A stretch of DNA of 22,185 bases from Candidatus Hatepunaea meridiana (GTDB taxonomy: Bacteria; Electryoneota; AABM5-125-24; Hatepunaeales; Hatepunaeaceae): positions 1 to 22,185 of the forward strand of contig JAVCDD010000229.1 in the NCBI GenBank assembly GCA_030765125.1, in the 5' to 3' direction. The notes below the pieces were generated by a model. The model was given only the letters and a program-made list of their open reading frames with translations, was not told the origin of the DNA and searched no databases. The first letter of the stretch is position 1. Each line of letters begins with the position of its first letter. Positions 7,329 to 16,566 of this stretch are shown here, piece by piece. Made by a program: the position numbers and the translations under genes.

Positions 7329-7564
7329 ATAAAACGATTATTGTTCCTTAACACCGTGAGTAAAACCTGTTAATCCTGAACATATCCCTTCGAGAAATCC
7401 ATCTACGCGGTCTTTAGAATCAATCACTCTCTCGCGTGCATTTAAGAATTAATGACCAAAGACAGGTGTTAATGGGAGATTTAAACAAGGACACAGACAG
7501 GAATGCTGAAGATTATCTGGCTATGCTGTCAACCCCAGTCAGGCTATGCGGGAATACCTAATAT

Positions 7565-7638
7565 TGTCATTCCGGACTTGATCCAGAATCCACTATTAAC
7601 AACAACTTACTGGATTCCGGATCAAGTCCGGAATGACA
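7565..7638. repeat. 74-bp near-perfect palindrome (28-bp arms tgtcattccggacttgatccagaatcca / tggattccggatcaagtccggaatgaca, 18-nt centre), ~70 nt past the 3' end of the HK gene
   Basis: The arms are reverse complements with a single mismatch. Arm length, loop length and GTCATTCC...GGAATGAC termini match the palindromes at 21938..22010 and 22087..22159. Confidence 0.7.
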
Positions 7639-7706
7639 AGTTAGAGAAAAATCCTATACCTGTACATCCTGCTGTTGATTAACAGCCATCATCCTTTCGC
7701 ATTGAT

Positions 7707-10700
7707 TTACCCCCCGTCCAAAGCCTGCCTTACCTTTACAGCTATTTCCTTCGGGTGAAATGGCTTTTGAATGAATGATGTGCCATGTTCGAGAACTCCG
7801 TTATGCACAATTGCATTTTTTGTATAACCTGACATATACACCACCTTCAGATCAGACCATAACTCGCAAAGCTTTTCTACCAGCTCTTCTCCGCTCATAT
7901 TTGGCATAACCACATCAGTTAAAACGAGATCAACCTGCTTGTCAAGCTTCCGGCAAATATCATAAGCATCGTTTCCATCTATAGCTTCTAAAACTGTATA
8001 CCCCTGCATTTCCAAGATGTAACGAGTGTATTCACGCACTGCTTCTTGATCCTCGACGACCAGAATTGTTTCGCTTCCCTGGGGAATTTCATCTATCTCA
8101 GCTTTTCGATCAATCTTGCCGGCTTTTGCTTCAACCCTTGGCAGATAGAACTTGAACGTTGTTCCTGTTCCCTCTTCACTGTAAACATAAATGTGTCCAT
8201 TGCTCTGCTTGACGATTCCGAAAACGGTTGAAAGCCCAAGTCCTGTTCCTTTGCCTACTTCCTTTGTTGTGAAGAACGGCTCGTATATTTGCTTTTTCAC
8301 TTCCTTTGACATCCCACAGCCTGTATCGCTTACTGCGATCATTACATATTCACCGGGCACAACTTCGATATGATCCCGTGCATATTCCTCGCTCAGTGTA
8401 ACGTTTAAGGTTTCTAATGTCAACCTCCCACCTTTCTGCATTGCATCGCGGGCGTTCACCACGAGATTGACAATGACCTGCTCGACCTGCCCCGGATCAG
8501 CGTTTACCTGCCATAATCCCTTTGCAGGTATCGTTTTATAATCAATGTTCTCACCGATTAACCTGCGCAGCATCTTGTCTAAAGTCGAAATAATCCGATT
8601 AAGATCGAGGACTTTCGGCTCCAATGTCTGCTTGCGACTGAAAGCAAGCAATTGCCTTGTGAGATCCGCTGCGCTAAGAGCCGAATCTTGAATCGTCGTT
8701 ATTTTATCATAAAGCGGATCTCGTTTATTGAGCGACCTCAGAGCAACATCAGCATAACCGGAAATCACTGTAAGCAGGTTGTTAAAATCGTGCGCCACAC
8801 CACCTGCCAGGCGTCCTACTGATTCCATTTTCTGAGACTGGCGGAATTGATCCTCAAGGGACTTTTGTTCGGTGATATCGCGCGATATTTCTATCGCGGT
8901 CTTGGGGCGTCCATCCGCATATCTGCTTGCTGTACTGACAAGGCTCAATTGATATATTGTGTTGCCGTCTTTGTCAATCGTTTTCGCTTCATGAGAATGA
9001 ACCTTCCCGTCTGCGAAGACTTCTTGTATAATGCAATGCTTGCAGGGTTTGTCAAAACGATGATATACCTCGTAACACTTTTTCTCAGTCACATCTACAC
9101 CGAATGAATCCATAACAACTTCATTAGCCCATACGATATTATAATCTTCGTCTATTATACTCATATAATCGGGGATTGACTTGATGATACCGGATAATTT
9201 ATCCTCGCCTTTTTGTAAATTTTCTTCCGCACGTTTGTGTTCAATCGCTTTTGCCACTTGTGTTGACACAAATTCAATAATTTCCTTTTCACGCTCACCA
9301 ATAGCGCTCGAATCCGAATAGTCCTGAACTACCATCACACCGATTGTTTTGCCCTCAATAATAAGTGGTACTCCAAGCCAGATTTCAGACAGATCGCCAA
9401 AGATTTCGACTTCACCACAGCGTTCCAGTTCCTTTTGATCTTCTTTGTAGCACAGTTGTGATTCACTGGTTCTTACCACGTATTCGGTTATTCCTCTGCC
9501 GAACTTACGCGGTAGTAAAGTAACACCTTTTTCATCTGTGAAGTACGGAAAACTCAACAGTTCATTTTCCTCATCACATAAAGCGATAAAGAAATTATCC
9601 GCGGTCATTACATCCTTAATAATATCATGCACTGCTTTGTATAAATCATCGATGCTTTCAGAGCTTTCAACGGCTTGTGATATCCTATATAGTGAATCCT
9701 GCAGCTTCTCCGCCTGCTTGCGCTCTGTGATTTCTACGGTAAGGTCATCCGCTAGACTGAGTGCGGCAATCCGACTGTTTTTTTGATCCTCATAAGCTTT
9801 CTTCCGTTCCTCCTCCGCCTGCTTGCGCTCGGTGATGTCACTGTCTGCACCGCGGTACCCTAAAAGTTCACCGTTGGAGTCCAGAATCGGCAGACCATTG
9901 GTGGAAAGTACAACAATTCGCCCATCTTTGGTTTGCGCGAGATTCTCCAGATTAATGAATGATTGTTTCTTCTTGAATACCTCTAAGGCTACCGACTTTA
10001 AGGCATCGCGTCCCTCGACAGGATGAAGATCGTAGAAATGTTTCTTGCCTACAATTTCATCGGCCTTATAACCTAATACTTCCTCGACGACAGCGCTAAC
10101 ATGGGTGTAAAGCCCGTTGTGATCGACTTCCCAGATAATCTCCCGACTTGTTTTGGCAACCTGATCGAACCGTTCTTCGCTCATTCGCAGCGCCTCATCT
10201 GCCAGTTTACGGTCGGTTATTTCGCGTAAAACACCAGAATTACCAATGATGCTTCCAGAAGCATCTCTTACGATTCTGCTTCGATCTTCAACCCAATGGA
10301 CTTTACCCCAACTATCCAGGACGCGGAACTCACAGGGAATTTCTTCGCCAGTAGTCATCTTGTGTTCAAATTCCGCGATTACCCGTTCAACATCTTCTGG
10401 AAAGATAATCTCGATAAAACTTCCTTTAGTCATTATTTCTTCGGAGATGTAACCGTATAGGGAAACCTGGGGACTGATATGGACAATTTTACCGGCGGTA
10501 TCGGTGTAGTAGACAATATCTTCGATATTCTCAATAAGACTTCGGTATTTCTCCTCGCTGTCACGCAAGGCTTCTTCAGCCTGTTTGCGCTCGGTGATGT
10601 CTCGAATAACAACATGAATTATCTGTTTGTTTCCAAGCGTATATTTGCACGGAGTTGTTTCGGCTAAAAACACAGAACTGTCTTTCCTCACAAACTTTGT

Positions 10701-11825
10701 CTCAATACTTAACATATCTTTTTTCATTACATCAGCCAACACTTGGGCGGAATGTTTCAATTCTATCTCGGGATGCAATTCAAATACCTTCATTTCGAGC
10801 AGTTCTTTTTTTGAATAGCCAAACTTTTCGACTGTCTTATTATTGGCATCCAAGATATTCATATCCATATCATGGATAATAATCGAATCAGGTGAAAATT
10901 GATAAATCTGTCTGTATCTATCTTCATTTTCCTTTAGAGTTTCTTCTGCCTGTTTGCGTTTGGTGATGTCGTTAAGCGCTCCTACTATAGATACGGTCTT
11001 CCCATCAACAACAACCGGACTTTCGCGAACTTCAACCCATATTTTTCTCCCGTTTTTATGAAAGAGTTCCAGCTCGTATGACGGTTGTGGTTTGCCGGTT
11101 TCTATTGCTTTTAATGTTAGTTCAAATCCTTTTTCATTTATAGGATTGTCGGAAACGAGTTCCGTCCATTTAATTAATGCTTCATCTACTTCGTAACCGA
11201 TAATATCTTTAATCTGAGGACTCAGATAAGTTGGGATATGGTCCGGTGTATGAGAATAATATACGTTTGTACTATGTTCAAAGATGTTTCGCAACTTCTC
11301 TTCATTTTCCCTCAGCGCTTCCTCCTTATTCTTTCTGTCTGACAAATCAACGTCAATACAGAATAATATTGGATGTTTACCCGGAAGTTTAACCGCAGTA
11401 TGAATGGAATATACCGGCACAAGATGACCGCCTTTGTGTAAAAGATCCACCTCGCCGGGAGGTGCAAACTCGCCGGATTTCTCAATATACTTTCCTGTTT
11501 TCAGCGCCTTCTCAAATAGCGGCATAATATCATCAGGTATTATTAGATCTCCAAGATTCTGACCAAGCGCCTCCTCTGCAGTATAACCGTATACCTCTTC
11601 ACTTGCCTTATTCCAGTATAAAACGGTACCCTTCAAGTCATAACCTTGTATTGATACTCCTGGTACAAACTCCATAAGATTACGGAATCGCTCTTCGCTT
11701 TCTCTTAGAGCCTCCGTTGCCTGTTTGCGCTCGGTGATTTCACGCTCCAGTTCTTCATTTTTCCGAGTAAGTTCCGCTGTCCTTTCACGTACACTTGCTT
11801 CCAGCGACTCAATTTCCGATTTCAT
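7707..11825 (-). CDS. cytoplasmic hybrid sensor histidine kinase (1372 aa): N-terminal coiled coil, multiple PAS/PAC domains, a GAF-like domain, HisKA, HATPase_c and a C-terminal receiver domain
   Basis: Repeated PAS linkers DITERKQAEEALRESEE. H-box ESVGRLAGGVAHDFNNLL. G-boxes DTGCGMS and GTGLGLS. Receiver ILVVEDQEAV...LVLTDVVMPNMSGEEL...KVVYMSGYT. No hydrophobic segments. GAGGT 5 nt upstream of the ATG. Confidence 0.9.
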   Translation of the reverse strand: MKSEIESLEASVRERTAELTRKNEELEREITERKQATEALRESEERFRNLMEFVPGVSIQGYDLKGTVLYWNKASEEVYGYTAEEALGQNLGDLIIPDDIMPLFEKALKTGKYIEKSGEFAPPGEVDLLHKGGHLVPVYSIHTAVKLPGKHPILFCIDVDLSDRKNKEEALRENEEKLRNIFEHSTNVYYSHTPDHIPTYLSPQIKDIIGYEVDEALIKWTELVSDNPINEKGFELTLKAIETGKPQPSYELELFHKNGRKIWVEVRESPVVVDGKTVSIVGALNDITKRKQAEETLKENEDRYRQIYQFSPDSIIIHDMDMNILDANNKTVEKFGYSKKELLEMKVFELHPEIELKHSAQVLADVMKKDMLSIETKFVRKDSSVFLAETTPCKYTLGNKQIIHVVIRDITERKQAEEALRDSEEKYRSLIENIEDIVYYTDTAGKIVHISPQVSLYGYISEEIMTKGSFIEIIFPEDVERVIAEFEHKMTTGEEIPCEFRVLDSWGKVHWVEDRSRIVRDASGSIIGNSGVLREITDRKLADEALRMSEERFDQVAKTSREIIWEVDHNGLYTHVSAVVEEVLGYKADEIVGKKHFYDLHPVEGRDALKSVALEVFKKKQSFINLENLAQTKDGRIVVLSTNGLPILDSNGELLGYRGADSDITERKQAEEERKKAYEDQKNSRIAALSLADDLTVEITERKQAEKLQDSLYRISQAVESSESIDDLYKAVHDIIKDVMTADNFFIALCDEENELLSFPYFTDEKGVTLLPRKFGRGITEYVVRTSESQLCYKEDQKELERCGEVEIFGDLSEIWLGVPLIIEGKTIGVMVVQDYSDSSAIGEREKEIIEFVSTQVAKAIEHKRAEENLQKGEDKLSGIIKSIPDYMSIIDEDYNIVWANEVVMDSFGVDVTEKKCYEVYHRFDKPCKHCIIQEVFADGKVHSHEAKTIDKDGNTIYQLSLVSTASRYADGRPKTAIEISRDITEQKSLEDQFRQSQKMESVGRLAGGVAHDFNNLLTVISGYADVALRSLNKRDPLYDKITTIQDSALSAADLTRQLLAFSRKQTLEPKVLDLNRIISTLDKMLRRLIGENIDYKTIPAKGLWQVNADPGQVEQVIVNLVVNARDAMQKGGRLTLETLNVTLSEEYARDHIEVVPGEYVMIAVSDTGCGMSKEVKKQIYEPFFTTKEVGKGTGLGLSTVFGIVKQSNGHIYVYSEEGTGTTFKFYLPRVEAKAGKIDRKAEIDEIPQGSETILVVEDQEAVREYTRYILEMQGYTVLEAIDGNDAYDICRKLDKQVDLVLTDVVMPNMSGEELVEKLCELWSDLKVVYMSGYTKNAIVHNGVLEHGTSFIQKPFHPKEIAVKVRQALDGG

Positions 11826-11863
11826 TATAACCTCAATCTATCTTTTTTACTTTCTTACTTTCT

Positions 11864-12005
11864 ACCCTAATCCAGCGCTAAGAGTGCTGTCAGGTGCCCT
11901 CACCTGACAGATAAAGGGGAAATGATGCGTCGTGTGAGGGCACCCGACACCACTCCTTTAATTGTTGGAAATCCAGAATATACCTCCTTATCGCTGGATT
12001 AGGGT
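11864..12005. repeat. 142-bp intergenic element bounded by 14-bp inverted repeats ACCCTAATCCAGCG / CGCTGGATTAGGGT. It contains a perfect 10-bp-stem hairpin ctgtcaggtg-ccct-cacctgacag (11887..11910) and an alternative pairing partner gtgagggcacc (11934..11944).
   Basis: Seen directly. Flanked on both sides by ACTTTCT-type direct repeats. Lies between the stop of the 717-aa PAS gene and the start of the HK gene. Confidence 0.55.
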
Positions 12006-12014
12006 TTCTACTTT

Positions 12015-14168
12015 CTAACTTTCTTGCTCATCAATAGATGAATATTTCTTTGGCTGCCCGAGTTTCTCCAACAGCTCATTGACTTCGCGTTTCATTTCGA
12101 CGATGCGGTATTCCCTGCCCATAAAGAGCCTATTTGTTTTTTCGATTTCTTCCATTTGCTTTTTCAATGCCTCTTCTGATCGCTTGCGCTCAGTGATGTC
12201 AACAACGATTCCTCTAAATCCGATTGGATCGTTTTCACGCATAATAGGAGAGGAATAGATGATTACAGGAAATTTCGTTCCGTCTTTCCTTATGGCTGTG
12301 TATTCACCACCTCCTAATAGTTCTCCCTTTATTATCCTCGCAATATTTTCAGCTGCTCTTCTTCTGTCAACAGGAGCAACCATCTGCAGCGAGTCGATAC
12401 CCTTCGCGTAATCTTCGCTTGTGTACCCAAACCTTTCAAATCCAATCTGGCTGACAAATGTGAGGTTACCCTCCAAATCACATTCATAAATACACTCAGG
12501 GAAAAGTTCCGCCATATCTCTGAATCGACATTCGCTTTCCAGTAACGTCTTCTCCGCCCGTTTGCGTTCAGTGATATCTTCCCCTGAACTTAGTGTTCCT
12601 GAAATATTTCCTTTATCATCTACCAGAATAATATTATGCCACGCGATCAGCCGTTCTTCGCCTTCCACTGTTAAAATAGGATTTTCATAGTATGCTTCCG
12701 AATCTATATCACCTGCAGTCAAATCCGCATGAACGAATTTCATTTCTTCTCGCAATCTTTCGGGCAGAAAATTTTCTAACCAGTTCTTTCCAAGGATTTC
12801 CTCTTTCTCATAACCCAGAATCTCGCACCCTTTATTGTTTATCATCGTCACTACGCCATTATGATTGAGAGCCACGAACATCACACCTGCAATGTTTAAG
12901 TACGTCTGTGATTTACTCCTTTCTTCCCATAACGCTTCCTCTACTCTCTTACGCTCGGTGATGTCCCTTATGAAGGCTAAGACGGTGGGTTTCGCTTCAT
13001 AATCAGTCAAGGATGCATTTGCCTCAACTGGAAAAGTTGAACCATCTTTTCTGAGAAGCTCAAATTCATAGATATTAGGTACAGGTCTTCCCGCTAGACG
13101 ATCTTGATGTTTTTTCAAAACAAATTCTCTGGAATGCGGCGCAATAAAATCAATGAAGTTTTTATTAATCATTTCTTCAAGGGTGTAACCAACTAATTGA
13201 GCCCCTGCAGGGTTCACATACTTCAAAAGACCATCCTGAATTAAAATTATACAATCTTGGGAGCTCTCAACCAGACTGGAGTACTTCTTCTCGGATTCCT
13301 TCAGCTTTTCCTCCGCCCGTTTGCGATCTGTGATGTCACAAACAATAGACATAAACAACTTCTGTCCACTGGTTTTTAAAGGCACAATTGTTAACTCCAG
13401 AACAATCTTTGTACCATCTTTTCGCAATGCATCTCTCACAATGGGCATTTCAATGGGCTGATCAAGATTATTGTAAATCTGTAATCGACCATAGTGTTTT
13501 GCTTGTAAATCAGACGTTTTCATTGATAAGAGTTCTACGCGAGAGTAACCAAATAATTCGCATGCTTTATCACTGAAATCGATTATTTCTTGATTTTCAT
13601 TTTCCAACACTATTGCATCGCCCGCCTGTTCAAAAAGCGCCCGATAACGCTCCTCACCTATCAGCAGCGTTTCCTCAGTTTTTTTTCGTTCGGTGATGTC
13701 GCGTATGATGGCTGAAGCCCAGTATTTTTCTTTTATGCGAATCGGGGAAACTGCTATTTCTATCGGAAACTCGTTGCCGTCCTTGCGCATCGCGGTCAGT
13801 TCAACCACCTTACCGATGGCATTTCCATCTCCCGTTTTCTTGAATGTCTTGAATCCTTTCTTGAACTGAGCGCTATATTGTTTAGGCATAAGAATCTCGT
13901 GGACGTTCTGATCTGTCATTTCTTCATTGGTGTATCCGAAAATACGTTCCGCTGCCGGATTCCAGTACACGATGTTTCCGTCATCATCAATCAGGATCAC
14001 CGCATCAAGCGCCGAGGCACTGATAACGCGGAATTTCTCCTCACTTTCCTTCAGCAGCTCCTCCATCTGCTTGCGTTCGATTTCCGATCCTTCAAGTTCG
14101 GTAATCCGCTGACGCATCGCAGCTAACTCGTCAATTAGCTGCGCTTTGGTTTTGATTTGATCGTTCAT
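12015..14168 (-). CDS. multi-PAS-domain signalling protein (717 aa) with no recognisable output domain; the C-terminus is a coiled coil
   Basis: At least five PAS/PAC units separated by DITERK(K/R)xEEAL linkers. Ends KQMEEIEKTNRLFMGREYRIVEMKREVNELLEKLGQ, with no H-box or ATPase motifs. The first ~30 codons are identical to the ORF at 15279..15674. Confidence 0.85.
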   Translation of the reverse strand: MNDQIKTKAQLIDELAAMRQRITELEGSEIERKQMEELLKESEEKFRVISASALDAVILIDDDGNIVYWNPAAERIFGYTNEEMTDQNVHEILMPKQYSAQFKKGFKTFKKTGDGNAIGKVVELTAMRKDGNEFPIEIAVSPIRIKEKYWASAIIRDITERKKTEETLLIGEERYRALFEQAGDAIVLENENQEIIDFSDKACELFGYSRVELLSMKTSDLQAKHYGRLQIYNNLDQPIEMPIVRDALRKDGTKIVLELTIVPLKTSGQKLFMSIVCDITDRKRAEEKLKESEKKYSSLVESSQDCIILIQDGLLKYVNPAGAQLVGYTLEEMINKNFIDFIAPHSREFVLKKHQDRLAGRPVPNIYEFELLRKDGSTFPVEANASLTDYEAKPTVLAFIRDITERKRVEEALWEERSKSQTYLNIAGVMFVALNHNGVVTMINNKGCEILGYEKEEILGKNWLENFLPERLREEMKFVHADLTAGDIDSEAYYENPILTVEGEERLIAWHNIILVDDKGNISGTLSSGEDITERKRAEKTLLESECRFRDMAELFPECIYECDLEGNLTFVSQIGFERFGYTSEDYAKGIDSLQMVAPVDRRRAAENIARIIKGELLGGGEYTAIRKDGTKFPVIIYSSPIMRENDPIGFRGIVVDITERKRSEEALKKQMEEIEKTNRLFMGREYRIVEMKREVNELLEKLGQPKKYSSIDEQES

Positions 14169-14175
14169 TTTTATC
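14081..14175. repeat. ~95-bp direct repeat (1 mismatch) shared with 15587..15681, covering the start codon and first ~30 codons of two minus-strand PAS genes
   Basis: tttccgatcc(t/a)tcaagttcggtaatccgctgacgcatcgcagctaactcgtcaattagctgcgctttggttttgatttgatcgttcattttt is present at both sites. Confidence 0.85.
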
Positions 14176-14436
14176 TCTATTTAAATTGATTTGATATTGA
14201 ATCTCTACCACTTCATCCATATTATCATCAACAATGAGTATTCGTTTGGGTTCACTCATATAATATGTCCAATCGATAGAGAGAAGTGAGATGTAGGTGC
14301 TAAGTTGATTTTTCTGAAGTTACTGTAATATAGGCTGTTATTCTCAGATTTCAAAATCTGAGCTGACTATCCTTTCCAAATAGGTTCGGACTATCGGTTC
14401 AAGAAACACCTCATATCCTTTATCTATTTGAGGAAC

Positions 14437-14835
14437 TTAACTCAAGATTCCAAAGTAAAAAACAGCCCCCAAAGAGCTGTTTAAGTGATCAGCGTATACG
14501 TCGCCGGTATAACTCGAATCACGCGTGTGCATACGATAAGCGCTGATGTTATTATTCAGTTGATCTATTTCAGTGATCTCGTTCTGTATGACTGAATATG
14601 ATTCGTTAATCATACCTTCATCCACTTCGGTAAATATCATAGATCGATCATATACCCAGGTATTTCCAACTTCTAAGGGATAAATATAACCTGACTCTTC
14701 CGGCTCCATGTACTTCTCTGTGCAGGACATGAGTGAAAAGCTAAAGACTAACAGGATGCAGAGTATAACTTTCGTTGCCGTCCCTGTATTAGTTGTAGTA
14801 TGATTCAATATACGCTTCCATAACTGCAAAAACAA
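14437..14835 (-). CDS. hypothetical small lipoprotein or secreted protein
   Basis: N-terminal hydrophobic stretch KVILCILLVFSFSLMSC followed by TEK, which could be a lipobox. No family recognised. A weak AT-rich hairpin ctcagatttTGAAatctgag lies downstream at ~14348..14367. Confidence 0.4.
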   Translation of the reverse strand: MFLQLWKRILNHTTTNTGTATKVILCILLVFSFSLMSCTEKYMEPEESGYIYPLEVGNTWVYDRSMIFTEVDEGMINESYSVIQNEITEIDQLNNNISAYRMHTRDSSYTGDVYADHLNSSLGAVFYFGILS

Positions 14836-15278
14836 TTACGAATTAATAGTGTCGGGATATAGGCACTGTGTCGATACCTGTCCGGCTACCGACAGATTTG
14901 TCCGCCTTACGGCGGATTCACCCCCCCCTTGATTCCACCCATGCAAGTTTGGGGAGATGACGTGCAGATATTTGGGATTTCACACAAGCTAAGAGGGGAA
15001 AATGTTTGAGAGGCGCAAGTGCCGTCGTGCTCCAGAGATACGCTTTATTACTTTCTCCCTTTCCCACTTTCTTACTTGCTCACTTGCTTTTTCCGTCACA
15101 CTTCGTCACATTTCCGTCACCCCCTCTAACCCTTACCCAGCTTGGCTTTCCGGCGATTGTGTGACGAAGTGACGCTGGATTCACTACTACTCGCGCGCGA
15201 TGTACAACAAATTATGTCAAAATGCAACTCGTAATGCCGTAAAAATACCATACTTACGAATCCGACACACAGCCTTCC

Positions 15279-15674
15279 TCAATTCCAGGAGCCATTCCTA
15301 TGCCGAAAACGATATTCATGATAATGCTGACCATTCTTGAAAATCTGACCAATATTTGCAAATACACGCGGCGCGTCTTCCGGATGTATATGTTTTGCCC
15401 AGAAACCAGAAGACAAGAATTCTTCCGGATCATACCCTATTAAGGTTTTTATATTCTCGCTTATGTATGTTGCGTCGAAATCACCCGTTGCTTCACAGGT
15501 ATAAATCATGGCAGGACTCGCTTCAAGCAAACGCTGTAGTTGATTGTGTGCGTTTAAAAGCGCTTCCTCCGCTTGCTTGCGTTTGGTTTCCGATCCATCA
15601 AGTTCGGTAATCCGCTGACGCATCGCAGCTAACTCGTCAATTAGCTGCGCTTTGGTTTTGATTTGATCGTTCAT
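15279..15674 (-). pseudogene. truncated PAS-domain paralog (131 aa, a single incomplete PAS domain ending ...YRFRHRNGSWN*)
   Basis: The N-terminus MNDQIKTKAQLIDELAAMRQRITEL is identical to the 717-aa protein. The PAS core ends prematurely, where the conserved continuation after RHRNGSW is missing. GC-rich noncoding DNA follows. Confidence 0.55.
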
Positions 15675-15681
15675 TTTTTTC
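15587..15681. repeat. second copy of the 95-bp PAS-gene 5' repeat (partner of 14081..14175)
   Basis: See the partner feature. Confidence 0.85.
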
Positions 15682-16105
15682 CTTGTGAGTTTTCTGAGTC
15701 GCTATGATGGTTTTCCTCTACCCAGATTCTGTATTAACCTTAACGGATTTCCCACCAATACACTTCGATAACGACTTTGATGTTTCAGCGGAGCGTTTCT
15801 ACCTACCCAAAACCAAATATCCGACATGTACAAAATGTATTAAACGGCGCCATCCTATGAATCTATATGATAAGACTTAAAATAATTGAAATCAAAGGGG
15901 ATGATAAGTTAAGGTGGAAAGAATTCTGAAATGTGAGGTATCACACCGGAATAACTCATGTAGTGATTGCTTAACCCATATCGTCTAATTTGACGATATT
16001 GATTTCCACCTTCCTTCCGGCTGATACAAATCCTTCGACGAATGTGGGAGCATGTTTTTAGTATGTTATGTAAGTGCGCTAACGCTGGTTGGGGGATTAT
16101 ACTAA

Positions 16106-16314
16106 TCGATTATACCCCCCCCTTAGCTCAGCAATGTATAATCATGGTTAAAGCCCCAATGTCTCTAATATGCAAACCTATTACAAGTAGTGCGGGTCTT
16201 TCCAATATATTAGATGAAAGAATCGATTTAATGATACCGGAGCGGTGAAGCTTGCTTCGCATCACTATGCTTAAGCAAGCTTATGCACTCCGGCTGAGCT
16301 AAAGTCATAACCGA
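16106..16314. mobile_element. MITE-like element, copy 2 (209 bp), same orientation as copy 1
   Basis: Left end tcgattataccccccccttagctcagc, right end gctgagctaaagtcataaccga. The interior is collinear with 7123..7328, with scattered substitutions and one 2-bp indel. No clean TSD is visible. Confidence 0.65.
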
Positions 16315-16468
16315 AAAAGAAAAACTAATCACTCCGTTAATCCAATATATCCTCTTTACGATCCTGATCGTTGTTACGCCGTTTGTGGTGGTCGCGAAGT
16401 TCTTACTTTGTTCCCGAAAATTCCTTAAACGGATTTTAAGCGAGCTTCTTATTAATGAATGAAATAAC

Positions 16469-16497
16469 TTGACATAAGGTTAATGCATAGATAACTT
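16469..16497 (+). promoter_or_regulatory. candidate sigma70-type promoter (TTGACA, 17-bp spacer, TAACTT) ~70 nt upstream of the small ORF at 16567
   Basis: Sequence match only. The consensus may not apply to this organism. Confidence 0.3.
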
Positions 16498-16566
16498 ACA
16501 GTATTAACTTACAATACTCCCCACACTCACGTTGGATTATTATAACCAACTTTTATGGAGAATAAT

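Noticed and set aside
8046-10879. Multiple 60-86-aa ORFs on the + strand inside the HK gene, and similar ORFs inside the PAS gene at 13388..14126
   Set aside because: They are antisense to long well-supported CDSs, have low-complexity composition and no RBS or start context. These are typical spurious ORFs.
11826-12014. Idea that the 717-aa PAS gene and the HK gene were one gene split by insertion of the 142-bp element
   Set aside because: After conceptually removing the element and the flanking repeats, in-frame stop codons (TAG/TAA) remain on both sides, so no simple fusion is restored.
14880-14960. tRNA-like or tmRNA-like T-arm resemblance (gggggtgaatccgcc)
   Set aside because: No acceptor stem, anticodon arm or CCA context could be built. 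It is only a loose match to GGTTCGAATCC.
16042-16248. 68-aa ORF overlapping MITE copy 2
   Set aside because: The same sequence in MITE copy 1 is not open (substitutions, 2-bp indel). It is an artefact of the repeat.
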